Shown in pieces: positions 39,001 through 51,414 of a DNA stretch of 64,000 bases (the first letter of the stretch is position 1; each line of letters starts with the position of its first letter). The stretch is from Phyllobates terribilis (lineage: Eukaryota): assembly GCF_046119375.1 (NCBI RefSeq), contig NW_027362762.1, positions 880,028,001-880,092,000 on the forward strand, read 5' to 3'. Below the pieces are notes generated by a model. The model did not search any database and had not been told where the DNA came from. It was given only the letters and a program-made list of their open reading frames with translations. The translations under genes and the position numbers were made by a program.

Positions 39001-42000
39001 GGTTATTCCTATGTCTATTTTTTTCAGTTCCTCTGTGCTCATAGGACAAGATTGTATTGATTATATCACTGCAGAGAATTTGTTTGACTTCTCTCAGGCC
39101 ATAAGATTAAATTTGTTTCCTTGAGGAAACATCTCTGAATCTAATTTCCACGAATGGCTCTGCAATTCTTGGCGGTCAAATCCAATTCTGTAGTGAGAAA
39201 GTTGCTCTTCAGATAGTTGCATTAGGCCACGGCCCCACTATCAGTATTTGTTCAGTATTCGGTCAGTATTTTTTCTCAGGAGTGGGAGCCAAAACCAGGA
39301 GTGGGTAATGAATGCAGAATTGGTGACTTGTTTCTATTATACCTTTTCTCTAATTGTTCTTCACCTGGTTTTGGCTACCGCTCCTGAGAAAAAATACTGA
39401 CCAAACACTGATAGTGGCGCCGTGGCCTTACGCGTTGACTCACTATACTTTTTGGCTAAATGTCATCTTGCAGTTGAATCTTGATGAGTCCATATCACTC
39501 TGTAGGGTCGTAGGCCCCTGTTACTAGCTTACCTTCAGTGTGGCAGGAGAAGATAAATATCCCTTGAATAGGTATCTTGCTGATTTTCAGAGACAAAGAA
39601 AGAAGGGATGTTTTCTGATTCCCTACTTTAGGCACCAAGAGTCCCTGCATTCTAGTTCCAGCCTAATGAATTGTAGCAATATAATCCCCTGAGATACATT
39701 AGCTGTAAAATCTGATAACAATAGCATTTGACCTAGTTACTTACTAACGTCCTGATTACCTACAATATAAACAATGCCTTAAATGCTACATTTCGAAGAG
39801 TAACACATGCATTAACACCCCTCTTCCTAATGCCAGCCATGCACGTCTCTTTATTTGCCATGTAATTACAGTGGAAAAAACCCTTAGAAAAATTAGTCTC
39901 AAGATGCATAGCTGAGATTAATTCCTATGACCTCCACAAAATAAGACCAGATTTTGCAGTGTATTGAAGTTTTTTTTTTTTTTTTTTTTAATGGCGTGTG
40001 TAGGATTAAGGAGATTAAATGTCGACATCCCTCTTTTTCATGCTGGAGTATGTTGGAGAATACTGTGTGGGTGGTAAGCCTTGTATTGAGTTTATGTAGT
40101 TCCACAGAGGAAGAACTGGGCCGGATAAGGTTCCAGTGACCTGAAAGTCAGATTTTCTCATTGCACATAGGTATAACAAGTACAACGACAGAGGATGTAT
40201 CCTTGCAAATGTGTTAGAGGAAAGAGCCTGGAAAGTTGTGATACGCTTTAGGCTGGATAAAAGGGATAATCAGCATTGGGTATGTGCTTGTTACATTCTC
40301 CCCGGAATGCTTCTATCAAGGGAAAGTGACTTAAAGAGGTAAAGAAATGAAGATTCTCTGAGGCCACGGAGGACTAGAATACTCCTGCACTCGGGAAGAA
40401 ATGGTCCTCATTATTAAATTGCTTCTACTTTCAAGCCTGTGGCCGGGGGCTGTCCTCAACGGGTTCCATCCGCAAAGACAGAACGACCATCATCATCATC
40501 AGCAGCACCACCATCATCACAATAATGATGAGATTCACCCTGTGCCCATGAGAGACAGCCGCAAGAATACAAGGTAAGATACATTTTTCTTCTATTTCTC
40601 ATCACATGTAATATACGAGAATGAATGCAGAAAATTAAAAGGGGTGATTTGGACTTTAACATTGATTTCTTATCCTTATGATAGATCATCAATGTCAGAT
40701 CGGCAATGAAGAAGTTCCTAATAGCATTCAATCAAGGGGTTGCTTTAGTTTTTCAAACGACCTCTAAAAAATGAGGGTTGCATCCTGATTTATTGCATGC
40801 TAATCAATGGAGAGTCAGAGGTAGCATCAGTTTCAATTAGGCAAAGGCTATTTAGTGGTACCTGTAAGTTTTCAGCCACATTAACAGCATAAACAACATG
40901 CAAAAGTGCCTCCACCGTAAACAGACATTAGATCTCTAAAGAGCTCAGTGATGGTCTGACTACTGGGACCCCCACATATCGCCAAGTTTTTATTGAACCC
41001 CTATTTCAATGGAGTGTTGGTCCAGCATGTGTGCTAGCGCTCCATTCACTGTCCATACTACTGCCTTCCGATTGAATTCCCATGCCTTCCGCAGTCTTTT
41101 AGGTCTCCTTCACTTGTCCGTATAAAACACGTACGTGAAAAACAGGTACCAGTGTCATCAGTGTTTTCCATCAGTGTGTCATCCGTCTGTCCGTTTTTAC
41201 CATCGGTGTGTCATTAGTATGTCATCCGTGTGTCCGTTTTTACCATCGGTGTGTCATTAGTATGTCATCCGTGTGTCCGTTTTTACCATCGGTGTGTCAT
41301 TAGCATGTCATCTGTGTGTCCGTTTTTATTATCAGTGTGTCATTAGTATGTCATCTGTATGTCCATTTTTATTATCAGTGTGTCATCCGTGTGTCCGTTT
41401 TTTCCGTCAGTGTGTCATCCGTGTGTCCGTTTTTTCCATCAGTGTCATCAGTGTGTCTGTTTTTACCGTCACTGTGTCATCCGTGTGTCCGTTTTTTCCA
41501 TCAGTGTCATCAGTGTGTGTCTGTTTTTACCGTCACTGTGTCATCCGTGTGTCCGTTTTTTCCATCAGTGTCATCAGTGTGTGTCTGTTTTTACCGTCAC
41601 TGTGTCATCCGTGTGTCCGTTTTTGCCATCAGTGTGTCATCAATGTGTCTGTTTTTACCATTAGGCCTCTTTCACACATCCTGATATTTCCGGTACTGGA
41701 GAAACCAGTGCCGGAGATATCCGTGTCCATATGTCTGTGTGCACCTGTGTGGCATACATGTGCCACCCGTGTGCCGCATCAGGATCACACGTACAGGCGC
41801 TTGGGAATCAGCGGTACAGTTAGCGCTGTTCCCAAGCGCCGGGTGCAGAACACTGCCCTCATCATTGTTCTCTCCCACAGTGTCCATGTGCAAAAATAAC
41901 AATAAAATAAAAAAAACTTATACTCACCTGTCCTAAGTGTCCCCCGCTGTAATCCATTTCACCGCTCACGCCGACAAGCCGGGCAAAAATGACTTGCTCC

Positions 42001-44992
42001 AGCAAGCGGGCCCCAGAGCTGCGCTCAGCAAGCGGTGTCCTGTCACTCACTGAGCTCAGCGGAGGTCCAGGGCCCGCTCGCTGCTGGAGTCATTCTCCCC
42101 GGCTCCTCTGCGTGAGCGGTCGTATGGATTACAGCAGGGGACACTTAGGACAGGCGAGTATAAGGAGCAGCGCTAACTGGGAGCTTGGGAGCGCTAACTG
42201 TACACTGATTTCCAAGCGCCGGTACGTGTCACACGGATGTCATCTGTGTGTCATCAGCGTGGGACGTTTTGCGGACCGTGCAGCGGGTAAAAAACAGACA
42301 AGTCAACGTGTTTTGCCCACGGACAAACGGGCTGTGGAAACAGACTGACGTGCACAGACCCATTCATGTGAATGGGTCAATGTGTGTCAGTGTCTCCAGT
42401 ATGTGTGGAAACTGCCACCACGCATACCGGACACACTGACTTGTGAAAGAGCCCTTAGTGTGTCATCTGTGTGTCCATTTTTACCAGCGGTATGTCATCC
42501 GTGTGTCTGTTTCTACCATCAGTCTGTCATTAGTATATGATCCGATTGTCCGTTTTTACCATCAGTGTCTCCGTTTTTACCATCAGTGTGTCCATTTTTA
42601 CCATCAGTGTGTCATCAGTGTGCCCATTTTTACCATCAGTGTGTCATCCGTGTGCCCATTTTTACCATCAACGTGTCATCCGTGTGTCCGTTTTTACCAT
42701 CGGTGTATCATCAATGTGTCCGTTTTTACCTTCAGTGTGTCCGTTTTTACCATCAGTGTCATTAGTCCATCAGTGTGTCATTAGTGTTTGGTCTGTGTTT
42801 CCGTTTTTACCATCGATGTGTCATCAGTGTGTCCGTTTTTATCATCAGTGTGTCATCCATGAGTCCGTTTTTACCATCAGTGTGCCATTCGTGTGTCAGT
42901 TTTTACCATCACTGTGTCATCCATGTGTCCATTTTTACCATCAGTGTGTCATCCGTGTGTCCGTTTTTACCATCTGTGAATCATCAGTGTGTCCGTTTTT
43001 ACCATCCATTTGTCCGTTTTTACCATCAGTGTGCCATTAGTGTTTGATCTGTGTGTTTATTTTTATCATCAGTGTGCCTGTTTTTACCATCAGTGTGTCA
43101 TCCGTGTGTAGGTTTTTATCCTCAGTGTGTCATCCGTGTGTAGGTTTTTATCCTCAGTGTGTCATCCGTGTGTACGTTTTTACCATCAGTGTGTCATCCG
43201 TGTGTACGTTTTTACCATCAGTGTGTCATCCGTGTGTAGGTTTCTACCATCAGTCTGTCATTAGTATATCATCCGAGTGTCCGTTTTTACCATCAGTGTC
43301 TCCGTTTTTACCATCAGTGTGTCATCAGTGTGTCCGTTTTTACCATCAGTGTGTCATCCGTGTGTCTGTTTTTACCATCAACGTGTCATCCGTGTGTCCG
43401 TTTTTACCATCGGTGTATCATCAATGTGTCCGTTTTTACCTTCAGTGTGTCCGTTTTTACCATCAGTGTCATTAGTCCATCAGTGTGTCATTAGTGTTTG
43501 GTCTGTGTTTCCGTTTTTACCATCGATGTGTCATCAGTGTGTCTGTTTTTATCATCAGTGTGTCATCCATGAGTCCGTTTTTACCATCCGCGTGTAATCC
43601 GTGTCCGTTTTTACCATCAGTGTGCCATTCGTGTGTCCGTTTTTACCATCTGTGAATCATCAGTGTGTCCGTTTTTACCATCAATTTGTCCGTTTTTACC
43701 ATCAGTGTGTCATTAGTGTTTGATCTGTGTGTTCATTTTTATCATCAGTTTGTCATCAGTGTCTCCGTTTTTACCATCAGTGTGTCATCTGTGTGCCTGT
43801 TTTTACCATCAGTGTGTTATCCGTGTGTAGGTTTTTACCATCAGTGTGTCATCCGTGTGTAGGTTTTTACCATCAGTGTGTCATCCGTGTGTCCGTTATT
43901 ACCATCAGTGTGTCATCCGTGTGTCCGTTTCTACCATCAGTGTAATCAGTGTTTTTCCGGTATGGATAAAGAAGTAAACTACAAAGCTTCTCTTATACTT
44001 TGCAGTGTTAAACACGGAGGGCACACGGATGGCAGAAGGATGCAATCTGTGTACTGTAACGGACTTGTCTCCGTGTGGCTCGCATGGACACACGGTCCTT
44101 GGAAAAACATGGACCTGTGCATAGCACCATAGTTTAAGACACGGATACCATATGTACTGGAAAGACGGACATGTGGAGGAGGCCTTAGAAAGTGTATGGA
44201 GTGGCGCCGTGCACGCTCAGCTGTTGCTCTGCTCATTTTTCCTATCATTTTTTCCAATTTCTGGTATAATATGTAGTAAATCTTCCGACTCCAGGTTGAT
44301 TTAACCCCCGTGCTTCAATTAGACCTACCCACTATTTAGCAAAGTGCCAAGAGTGGTATGAAAAAAAAAAATGCCGGTGTGCACCAAAACATGCAGCTTT
44401 TCTCTGGCAAGTAAACTTGTGTAAGTAGATTAAAAAAAAATTCTTCTAAGTCTTTGCTTATATGCGCTGAGATGTGCACAGTGCATATGATCTGCTCATG
44501 CCCTACCTGTAACTTGGCTGCTGTCCCGGAGATCATGTAGAAAGAGTATTGCACTGTTAATATTGATTGGTTTTGGAAATATGGCTTGTACCACATAATG
44601 TCTAGCTATTAAATCACAGACTTAGTATATGTACTTCCCTGGATCTCCTCATATGTCAATTCATAAGGCAGGACGCGACGTTGCTCTTTTTAGGTCCATA
44701 TAAAATTTTAATAGATCATCCTGCACTATAAGGGTATTGAAAAGGGTAACTCCTGTCATCCGTGATCATTATTCCAATCATTCATTCCTGCACTAAATTG
44801 ATTGTCTTTATTAGTGTTGCTAGTTACAGATTTAACCAGACTAATGGCTGGATAGCTGTGGAAACTCTATTCTCTGCCAGAAATAAGCTTAAAGCATTTG
44901 TCACCCCCCCGCCCTCCAATCCTATTGGCAGGTCATACAAAGTACAATACTCCGCAGAAAGGAAACCGTGCCCACAAGAAAAAGGAGTATGA
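30051..44992 (+). CDS. Candidate unidentified spliced gene of about 260 aa (hand-built model)
   Basis: Putative exons 30051-30069, 32539-32653, 32964-33131, 33510-33580, 35961-36037, 36177-36259, 36397-36447, 40436-40573, 44932-44992 join in frame (783 nt) with AG/GT boundaries. Acceptors are mostly good; most donors are weak; no homologue recognised. Confidence 0.35.
31068..31976 (+). mobile_element. Internally deleted Tc1 derivative
   Basis: TA|CAGTGGTGTGAACAAGTGTTTGCC...GGCAAATACTTTTTCACACCATTG; inverted repeats of about 200 bp; remnant [26 protein letters not shown]. Confidence 0.82.
32730..32960. repeat. 31-bp minisatellite in a hAT-like MITE remnant
   Basis: GGGGTCCACTATTCTGTCTGGAGGACCGCGT units (32881/32912); preceded by CAAACTCTGGCCTGCAGGG. 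Confidence 0.85.
34014..35588 (-). mobile_element. Tc1 transposon with frameshifted transposase (35228 to 34229)
   Basis: TA|CAGAGGGGAATAAAAGTATTTAGTCAG...GACTGAATACTTTTCTTCCCCACTG|TA; [46 protein letters not shown]. Confidence 0.93.
39226..39426. mobile_element. PIF/Harbinger-type MITE
   Basis: TTA|GGCCACGGCCCCACTATCAG...CTGATAGTGGCGCCGTGGCC|TTA. Confidence 0.82.
40436..40573 (+). CDS. His/Gln-rich putative internal exon (138 bp, phase 2-2)
   Basis: CTACTTTCAAG| then [44 protein letters not shown], then AAG|GTAAGA. Only one of the three + frames is open across it. Confidence 0.5.
41102..44184. mobile_element. PIF/Harbinger-type MITE expanded by an internal satellite of about 32 bp
   Basis: TTA|GGTCTCCTTCACTTGTCCGT...ACGGACATGTGGAGGAGGCC|TTA; interior units CATCAGTGTGTCATCCGTGTGTCCGTTTTTAC over about 41130-43950. 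Confidence 0.85.
41664..42454. mobile_element. PIF/Harbinger-type MITE nested in the satellite
   Basis: TTA|GGCCTCTTTCACAC...TTGTGAAAGAGCCC|TTA. Confidence 0.82.
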
Positions 44993-46065
44993 AAATTAAA
45001 CGCGTCTTATGGCATGATGAGAGTGATGTTCATAAACAAAAGTTATTTTGTGAGATCTTTTTTTTTTTTTTCATTTATTTGCAATTTACCAAGGAAAGTG
45101 TACCATACTATTGATGTTAAATTCCTCTTTGTCTGGAAGTCCTCGGAACATCATTACATCATTGACCAAATGTGGTTACAATAGGGAATTTTGAGTTATT
45201 AGACTCCAAATAGTAGTCGGCACAAATTAGCATAGTTCAGAGAGGGTCTGGAACATTTACCCCAGTCTGCAGTATGAGGTTCATCAATCGATTTCAATGA
45301 TTTGTCCTTCCTCAACGGTCAGCTCCCTCTGGGCTAGTCTGCACAGTGTTACTATAGTAATTTGGCATGCATCTCTTATTTCATCATCGAAGGCCTTTGA
45401 AGGCCAGCTCAGATGGTGCGTGCTGCCTGAGTATTCAGGTAGTAGTGTACTCTCCTACAATATACTTTACAGAAGTCAAGCCACAATTTGACTTGGCTGT
45501 GCTCCAGCCAGGTGTCTAATTATCTTCTTAGTTTCTTCCTACTTCAATACAGCAACAAACTGTATTACCAAGCTCAGTCCAGTTTTCCTGGTGCTGTAGT
45601 ACTCTCAAGTCTGCTTCATCGGGGTATCTAATTACCAACTCCTCTAAGCCAATCCTTGTGCTGTCACTCCCTGATTACTAGCTTGTCTCAGTTTATCTTG
45701 GTGCTGGACTCACAACTCTGCTGTTCCTTTTGTTACCATACTACTGTAACAAGGTGCCAGACTGCCTACACCTCTCTGCTGTTCCTGTGCTGTCCACACA
45801 TTGGGGTCTGCTGCACCTAATGCTTTCAGCTCTGATTATCCATCTACTGTCCAACATATTCAGCTGCTCTGGCACTTGCTCTTCCACGTGCCACCTGGCA
45901 AAACCAACCCCACGGTATTTTCATCTCCAGTCCATCCTGCTCACCCTGACCTATGGCTGAGTAAATCCTGCTCACTGGATGGACCCATGTCAGAATACTC
46001 AGTCCATGGATTCCAAATGTCCAGCGGGCATCAACACATTTTTGCTACTGGTCACTGAGGACCTA

Positions 46066-47691
46066 CAGTGGGTACAGAAAGTATTCAGACCCCTTTAAAT
46101 TTTTCACTCTTTGATTTCAGCCATTTTGGTAAATTCTAAAAAGTTCATTTTTTTCTCATTAAAGTACACTCTGCACCCCATCTTGACTGAAAAAAACAGA
46201 AATGTAGAAATTTTTGCAAATTTATTAAAAAAGAAAAACTGAAATATCACATGGTCATAAGTATTCAGACCCTTTGCTCAGTATTGAGTAGAAACACCCT
46301 TTTGAGCTAGTACAGCCATGAGTCTTCTTGGGAATGATGCAACAAGTTTTTCACACCTGGATTTAGGGATCCTCTGCCATTCTTCCTTGCAGATCCTCTC
46401 CAGTTCCGTCACGTTGGATGATGAACATTGGTGCACAGCCATTTTCAGGTCTCTCCAGAGATGCTCAAATGGGTTTAGGTCAGGGCTCTGGCTGGGCCAG
46501 TCAAGAATGGTCACAGAGTTGTTCTGAAGCCACTCCTTTGTTATTTTAGCTGTGTGCTTAGGGTCATTGTCTTGTTGGAAGGTGAACCTTCGGCCAAGTC
46601 TGAGGTCCAGAGCACTCTGGAAGAGGTTTTCATCCAGGATATCTCTGTACTTGGCTGCATTCATGTTTCCTTCAGTTGCAACCAGTCGTCCTGTCCCTGC
46701 AGCTGAAAAACACCCCCATAGCATGATGCTGCCACCACCATGTTTCACTGTTGGGATTGTATTGGGCAGGTGATGAGCAGTGTCTGGTTTTCTCCACATA
46801 TACCACTTAGAATTATCACCAAAAAGTTCTATCTTCGTCTCATCAGACCAGAGAATCTTATTTCTCATAGTCTGGGAGTCCTTCATGTGTTTTTGAGCAA
46901 ACTCTATGCCGGCTTTCATATGTCTTGCACTGAGGAGAGGCTTCCGTCCGGCCACTCGGTCATAAAGGCCCGACTGATGGAGGGCTGCAGTGATAGTTGA
47001 CTATGTGGAACTTTCTCCCATCTCCCTACTGCATCTCTGGAGCTCAGCCACAGTGATCTTGGGGTTCTTGTTTACCTCTCTCACCAAGGCTGTTCTCCCA
47101 CGATTGCTCAGTTTGGCTGGACGGCCAGGTCTAGGAAGACTTCTGGTGGTCCCAAAGTTCTTCCATTTAAGGCTTATGGAGGCCACTGTGCTCTTAGGAA
47201 CCTTGAGTAATGCAGAAATTCTTTTGTAACCTTGGCCAGATCTGTGCTTTGCTACAATTCTGTCTGTGAGCTCCTTGGGCAGTTCCTTTGAGCTCATGAT
47301 TCTCATTTGGTCTGACATGCACTATGAACTGTGAGGTCTTATATAGACAGGTGTGTGCCTTTCCAAATCAAGTCCTATCAGTTTGATTAAACACAGCTGG
47401 ACTCCAATGAAAGAGTAGAACCATCTCAATGAGGATCACAAGGAAATGGATATGTGACTTAAATATGAGTGTCTGAGCAAAGGGTCTGAATACTTATGAC
47501 CATGTGAGATTTCAGTTTTTCTTTTTTAATAAATTTGCAAAAAATTCTACATTTCTGTTTTTTTCAGTCAAGATGGGGTGCAGAGTGTACTTTAATGAGA
47601 AAAAAAAGAACTTTTTAGAATTTACCAAATGGCTGCAATGAAACAAAGAGTGAAAAATTTAAAGGGGTCTGAATACTTTCCGTACCCACTG
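46066..47691 (-). mobile_element. Full-length Tc1 transposon; transposase (about 47297 to 46278) broken by a frameshift
   Basis: TA|CAGTGGGTACAGAAAGTATTCAGACCCC...GGGGTCTGAATACTTTCCGTACCCACTG|TA; long IR/DR ends; GRPAKL, WSDETKIELFG, FQQDNDPKH, SPDLNPFEHLW. Confidence 0.95.
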
Positions 47692-49059
47692 TATATCGAA
47701 AGGTTTTGCAACTTGCATTGAGCCAACAGAAGGTGGTTCAGGCAGTCAATATGGAAACACTGCATCAATGTCTTGCTGTTTCACCTCTGGCTCCTCAACA
47801 TCTTCTATAGCCTCACTCTTATCCAGGACGTTGTTATTGGTGATCATCTCCACATTTGCCGACTTCTGCTCACTTTGATATAGGTCCTAAGGCCTGCCAG
47901 GGTTTTGTAACTCGATGCACCATACACTTTGAACTGGAGATATCTGTAGATGCCTTGTCATCTGAACTGGCTTGAACAATAGTGCTCTTCTGGCAATTTT
48001 CTATGCTAGTATACCTAGCTAGTTAAAGGATGAACTTGTCATTTTCCCTTGATGATCTGATTTCTTTGCCAGCCAAGTGGATATATATTTAAAGAAAAGT
48101 CAAGGGTGAATGCTCAAGATTATTGGATCCCACATATTAGAGCATCTTTAAAATCTCCTCTCATAGGGGCTAAATTGAAACCCATGCAAATTGGCCAGAA
48201 GAAATTATCATTGGCCGAAAGAAAAAAAAAAAATGTTCACACTCACATGGACTTTTTAAAATCCAAGGCTAAACAGGTAAACTTCAAACCCTAGGCAAAA
48301 TAGGAGGGATAGCATTGGGGTTAACACTGTACTCCTCCACAGACAAGTTTGCTTTGCCAATATCTATTATCTTTAGTTCCTCTGAGGTCACGGGACAAGC
48401 CTTCATTGATTCCAGAGCTGCATAGGTTTACTTGATCCTTGATTAGCCATAAACCTGAAAATTCCTTTTGTTTTTCTGTGGATGGCACTGAAACTTATGA
48501 ATGAATGGTTCAGTAATTTTTATGGTGGTTGTATCCAATTTCAGACTGAAGGGGTTGGAGCACTATACGTTGAGAACATTTCTTTTCAGTTTTGCCATTT
48601 TCTGACAGATCAACGTTTTCGCAAATTCTGTGACTAAGGCTATGTGCTCCGGCAATTGATTGGTCCTTTGACAAGATCATCTAGTGGGGATCTTGTTTTC
48701 AAAATTACTTTAAAGCTTTTCCTCAACCACATTCTCTGAAACTCTACCCTGTTTCCATCACCTCCTATTTGCTATTTCCATATCAGGACTTTGCAGAAGT
48801 TGTTTTCAAACAGAAGGCCTTAATGCTACCGCCTCATCAAGAATTGGGGTTGCCCTGCATTCAGATACAGGATCGTTGCATCAGGTATGCCAATCAGCAT
48901 TGCCTCCCTCCGTGATTAGCCCTCCACACTATTCATATTGATCACTAAGTCTTTCCTCATTGTAACAGCGCCAACCTGACAATGCCTATAGTTTACTTAG
49001 CAAAATTCTGATGACAGGTTCCCTTTAAGTGCGATGATATTTTAACACAGTATTCATGG

Positions 49060-49521
49060 ACTTAATTGTAAAATATGAACAATGGAATTTAAAAAACATA
49101 GAAGACCAAATCACACATATCAAGGTGTGATTAAGGTGAATTGGAAGATTTCTAAGAGTCGTCAATGTTTAAAGAAATGGACAACAAAATAAAAGCTAAT
49201 TTAAACACAATGGAAGATCATATCGTTTCCATAAAAAAAGAAAATTTGGATAATTATTTACAACATATGGTGTATTCTTGGAAAAATAAAAATAAACATA
49301 CTCAACATTGTCAGCCGAGATCCGTCTTGTGTAACACAAGTTCAGAGAGAACCCGAAGCGCTTCCAGCCATGTAACCTTCAGTTCTTTGGAACTGGATTC
49401 ATCAATTGCTTCAGACAACAAGATGGTTACTCCAAAACATTACCTCCTTGGCCAACATAAATCCTCCAACAAGTCGATGGCAGCACTAAATTCTTCCAAT
49501 GCATTTATAAGCGCAAAATAA
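49060..49521 (+). pseudogene. Possible decayed N-terminal fragment of a Penelope-like element ORF
   Basis: MEDHIVSIKKENLDNYLQHMVYSWKNK resembles the K..KF.RD..DY...VY.W segment of vertebrate PLE N-termini. Short and degenerate. Confidence 0.35.
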
Positions 49522-50123
49522 TTGATAGCTAAAGTGAACAATACTCTACATCTCGAGAAATAAGTATAAAGAAAGAGGTGCTCCTCAACAATTCAAGAGC
49601 ATCTTGGCTCCCTGTATAGATAGGCCAAATTTAGCTTCCTTAATACTAACATGGTCTAGGATATTTTCATTGTGAACTCTGTAGTATGTGTGTGTGTGTG
49701 GCTGGTGAGTCTTTCTTCCTTTATGCTTTAAATATTGGCATGATAACCTTGGGTGAATGCAGAAATTATGGTATTTATGATGCCTGAAATGTATTCATAC
49801 TATGTTTTTACATTATAATAATACAGTTTTACTTCTATTAGTAAGATTATACTTGTCTATGAGTGAGCGTACTTTATCTTGTTGACTGTAGGTCACATAT
49901 ACAGTATCTATTCTTCTTCTTATTATTATTAGATATAATCTTCTTTGAAGCAGTGTTTGGGCTTAGGGGTGGAGGGATGAGGAATGGGATGGTGGTGTTA
50001 ATTTTGATCTACTGTTTGTATTATATTGTTGAAATGTTTTAGTAGAAATTTATGTGGTTTAAAAAGAGAATTTGAAGAGTGGATTCATCCAGAAGTCTAC
50101 AGTATGTCTCTGACTGGGGTAAG

Positions 50124-51410
50124 TGACGCGCCCCCTGGGCCGTGGGAGTACTCGGCAGCCGGGCCTCTGCGTATGCCGGTGGGGGATATCACGGTGGCTG
50201 GCCCGGTCCGTGAACCAGGGCGGTCAGTAAAAAGGGGAATTTATGGGGGATTTGGAAATTTCGTGACGCCACCTGTGGTGCCTGGTGAGGATCACCAGCG
50301 CTGCAACAGTCCTCTGAGGCAGATGTTAGGGCAGCTTGTGATGGGGCGGCTCCCCACAGGTGGAGCAGGCCTCAGGGCAGTAAAGTGAGAGAGAGTGGGT
50401 TGCGCTGGGCGTTGTAGTGCAGGGGGAACAATGGCGCCGATGAAAGAATGGACGGAGGCAGTACAGTGCAGTCATCCGAGGTTTTACTCACAATTCTTAA
50501 GACAGTCCACAGGTACGCTGTACAGGTGAAGGCCTCCCACGCCGCACTGCGTTCACTGGGCAGGGGTTCAATCCTTACTCAGGCAGCTTGTGAATACCTG
50601 GCAGAACCCCACTTTCTCATGTTCCTATTTTGACCATCTTCATAGAATCATAGAATCATAGAATGGTAGAGTTGGAAGGGACCTCCTGGGTCATCTGGTC
50701 CAACCCCCTGCTCAAAGCAGGATTCACTAGATCATCTCAGACAGATGTCTGTCCAGCCTCTGTTTGAAGACGTCTTCACACTGGGTCTTTCTCCCTCCTG
50801 CCCTGCGCTGCCCACTCTGAATCCTGTTCGGGTACTCTGAAGTCCCTCCTGTCCGTCGGAGTTACACAGACTTGCTTGACCCTCAGGGGACTAGAATGCG
50901 GCTACGATCCCTCTGTCTTCTGACAGATGCGGGGCGTACGGGTGCCGTCCTGCACGCGCCGTACCCCCTAGGATCCCTTCTTAGAACGGAGCCTACTCCC
51001 TGCTCCCCTCCGGGGTCTCTAGACCAGGCCCTACTTGTGGAGCGGAGCTCCTTATGAGACTCTGCTCCCGGACTGTTCTTCTGAACTGCTCTCTAGAACT
51101 ATCTCACCACCACCCTAAGATGGCTTCCCTATTTTATACTCCTACCAAAGTGCTCCCTCTAACTACTTCCTCCACCCACACCCACTACTGGTTCCCCCTA
51201 CCTCTGGGTTACCCCCGCTCCAGCCAGGGTCAGGGCTCAGCAGCTGCGCTCTGCATGTTGCCCCTCCAGCTGGCCTGGAGCAGTGTAGTGTTGGATGCAG
51301 GTGTTTGGGGTTCTGTGCAGCACTCCCTCCTTACCTGAGAGAAGGGAGACTCCACACCTCTGGGTGAGGTGCAGTACCTCTGTGGTGACTGAACCCTCAG
51401 GGGTGCCACA
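50124..51410 (-). mobile_element. Solo LTR of about 1.29 kb
   Basis: TG...CA termini; 4-bp TSD TAAG; its right end is the reverse complement of the left end of 56964-58224. Confidence 0.82.
50641..50771 (-). mobile_element. CR1 LINE 3' end fragment inside the LTR
   Basis: (CATAGAAT)x3, the (ATTCTATG)n CR1 tail, followed by GGTAGAGTTGGAAGGGACCT...GGTCCAACCCCCTGCTCAAAGCAGG. Confidence 0.85.
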
Positions 51411-51414
51411 TAAG

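Noticed and set aside
41273-43945. Many Val/Ser/Phe- or Cys/His-rich ORFs resembling membrane or zinc-finger proteins
   Set aside because: Periodic translations of the 32-bp satellite.
41130-43950. CRISPR-like appearance of short regular repeats (also at 63200-64000)
   Set aside because: Units are adjacent with no unique spacers, there are no cas genes, and the context is eukaryotic.
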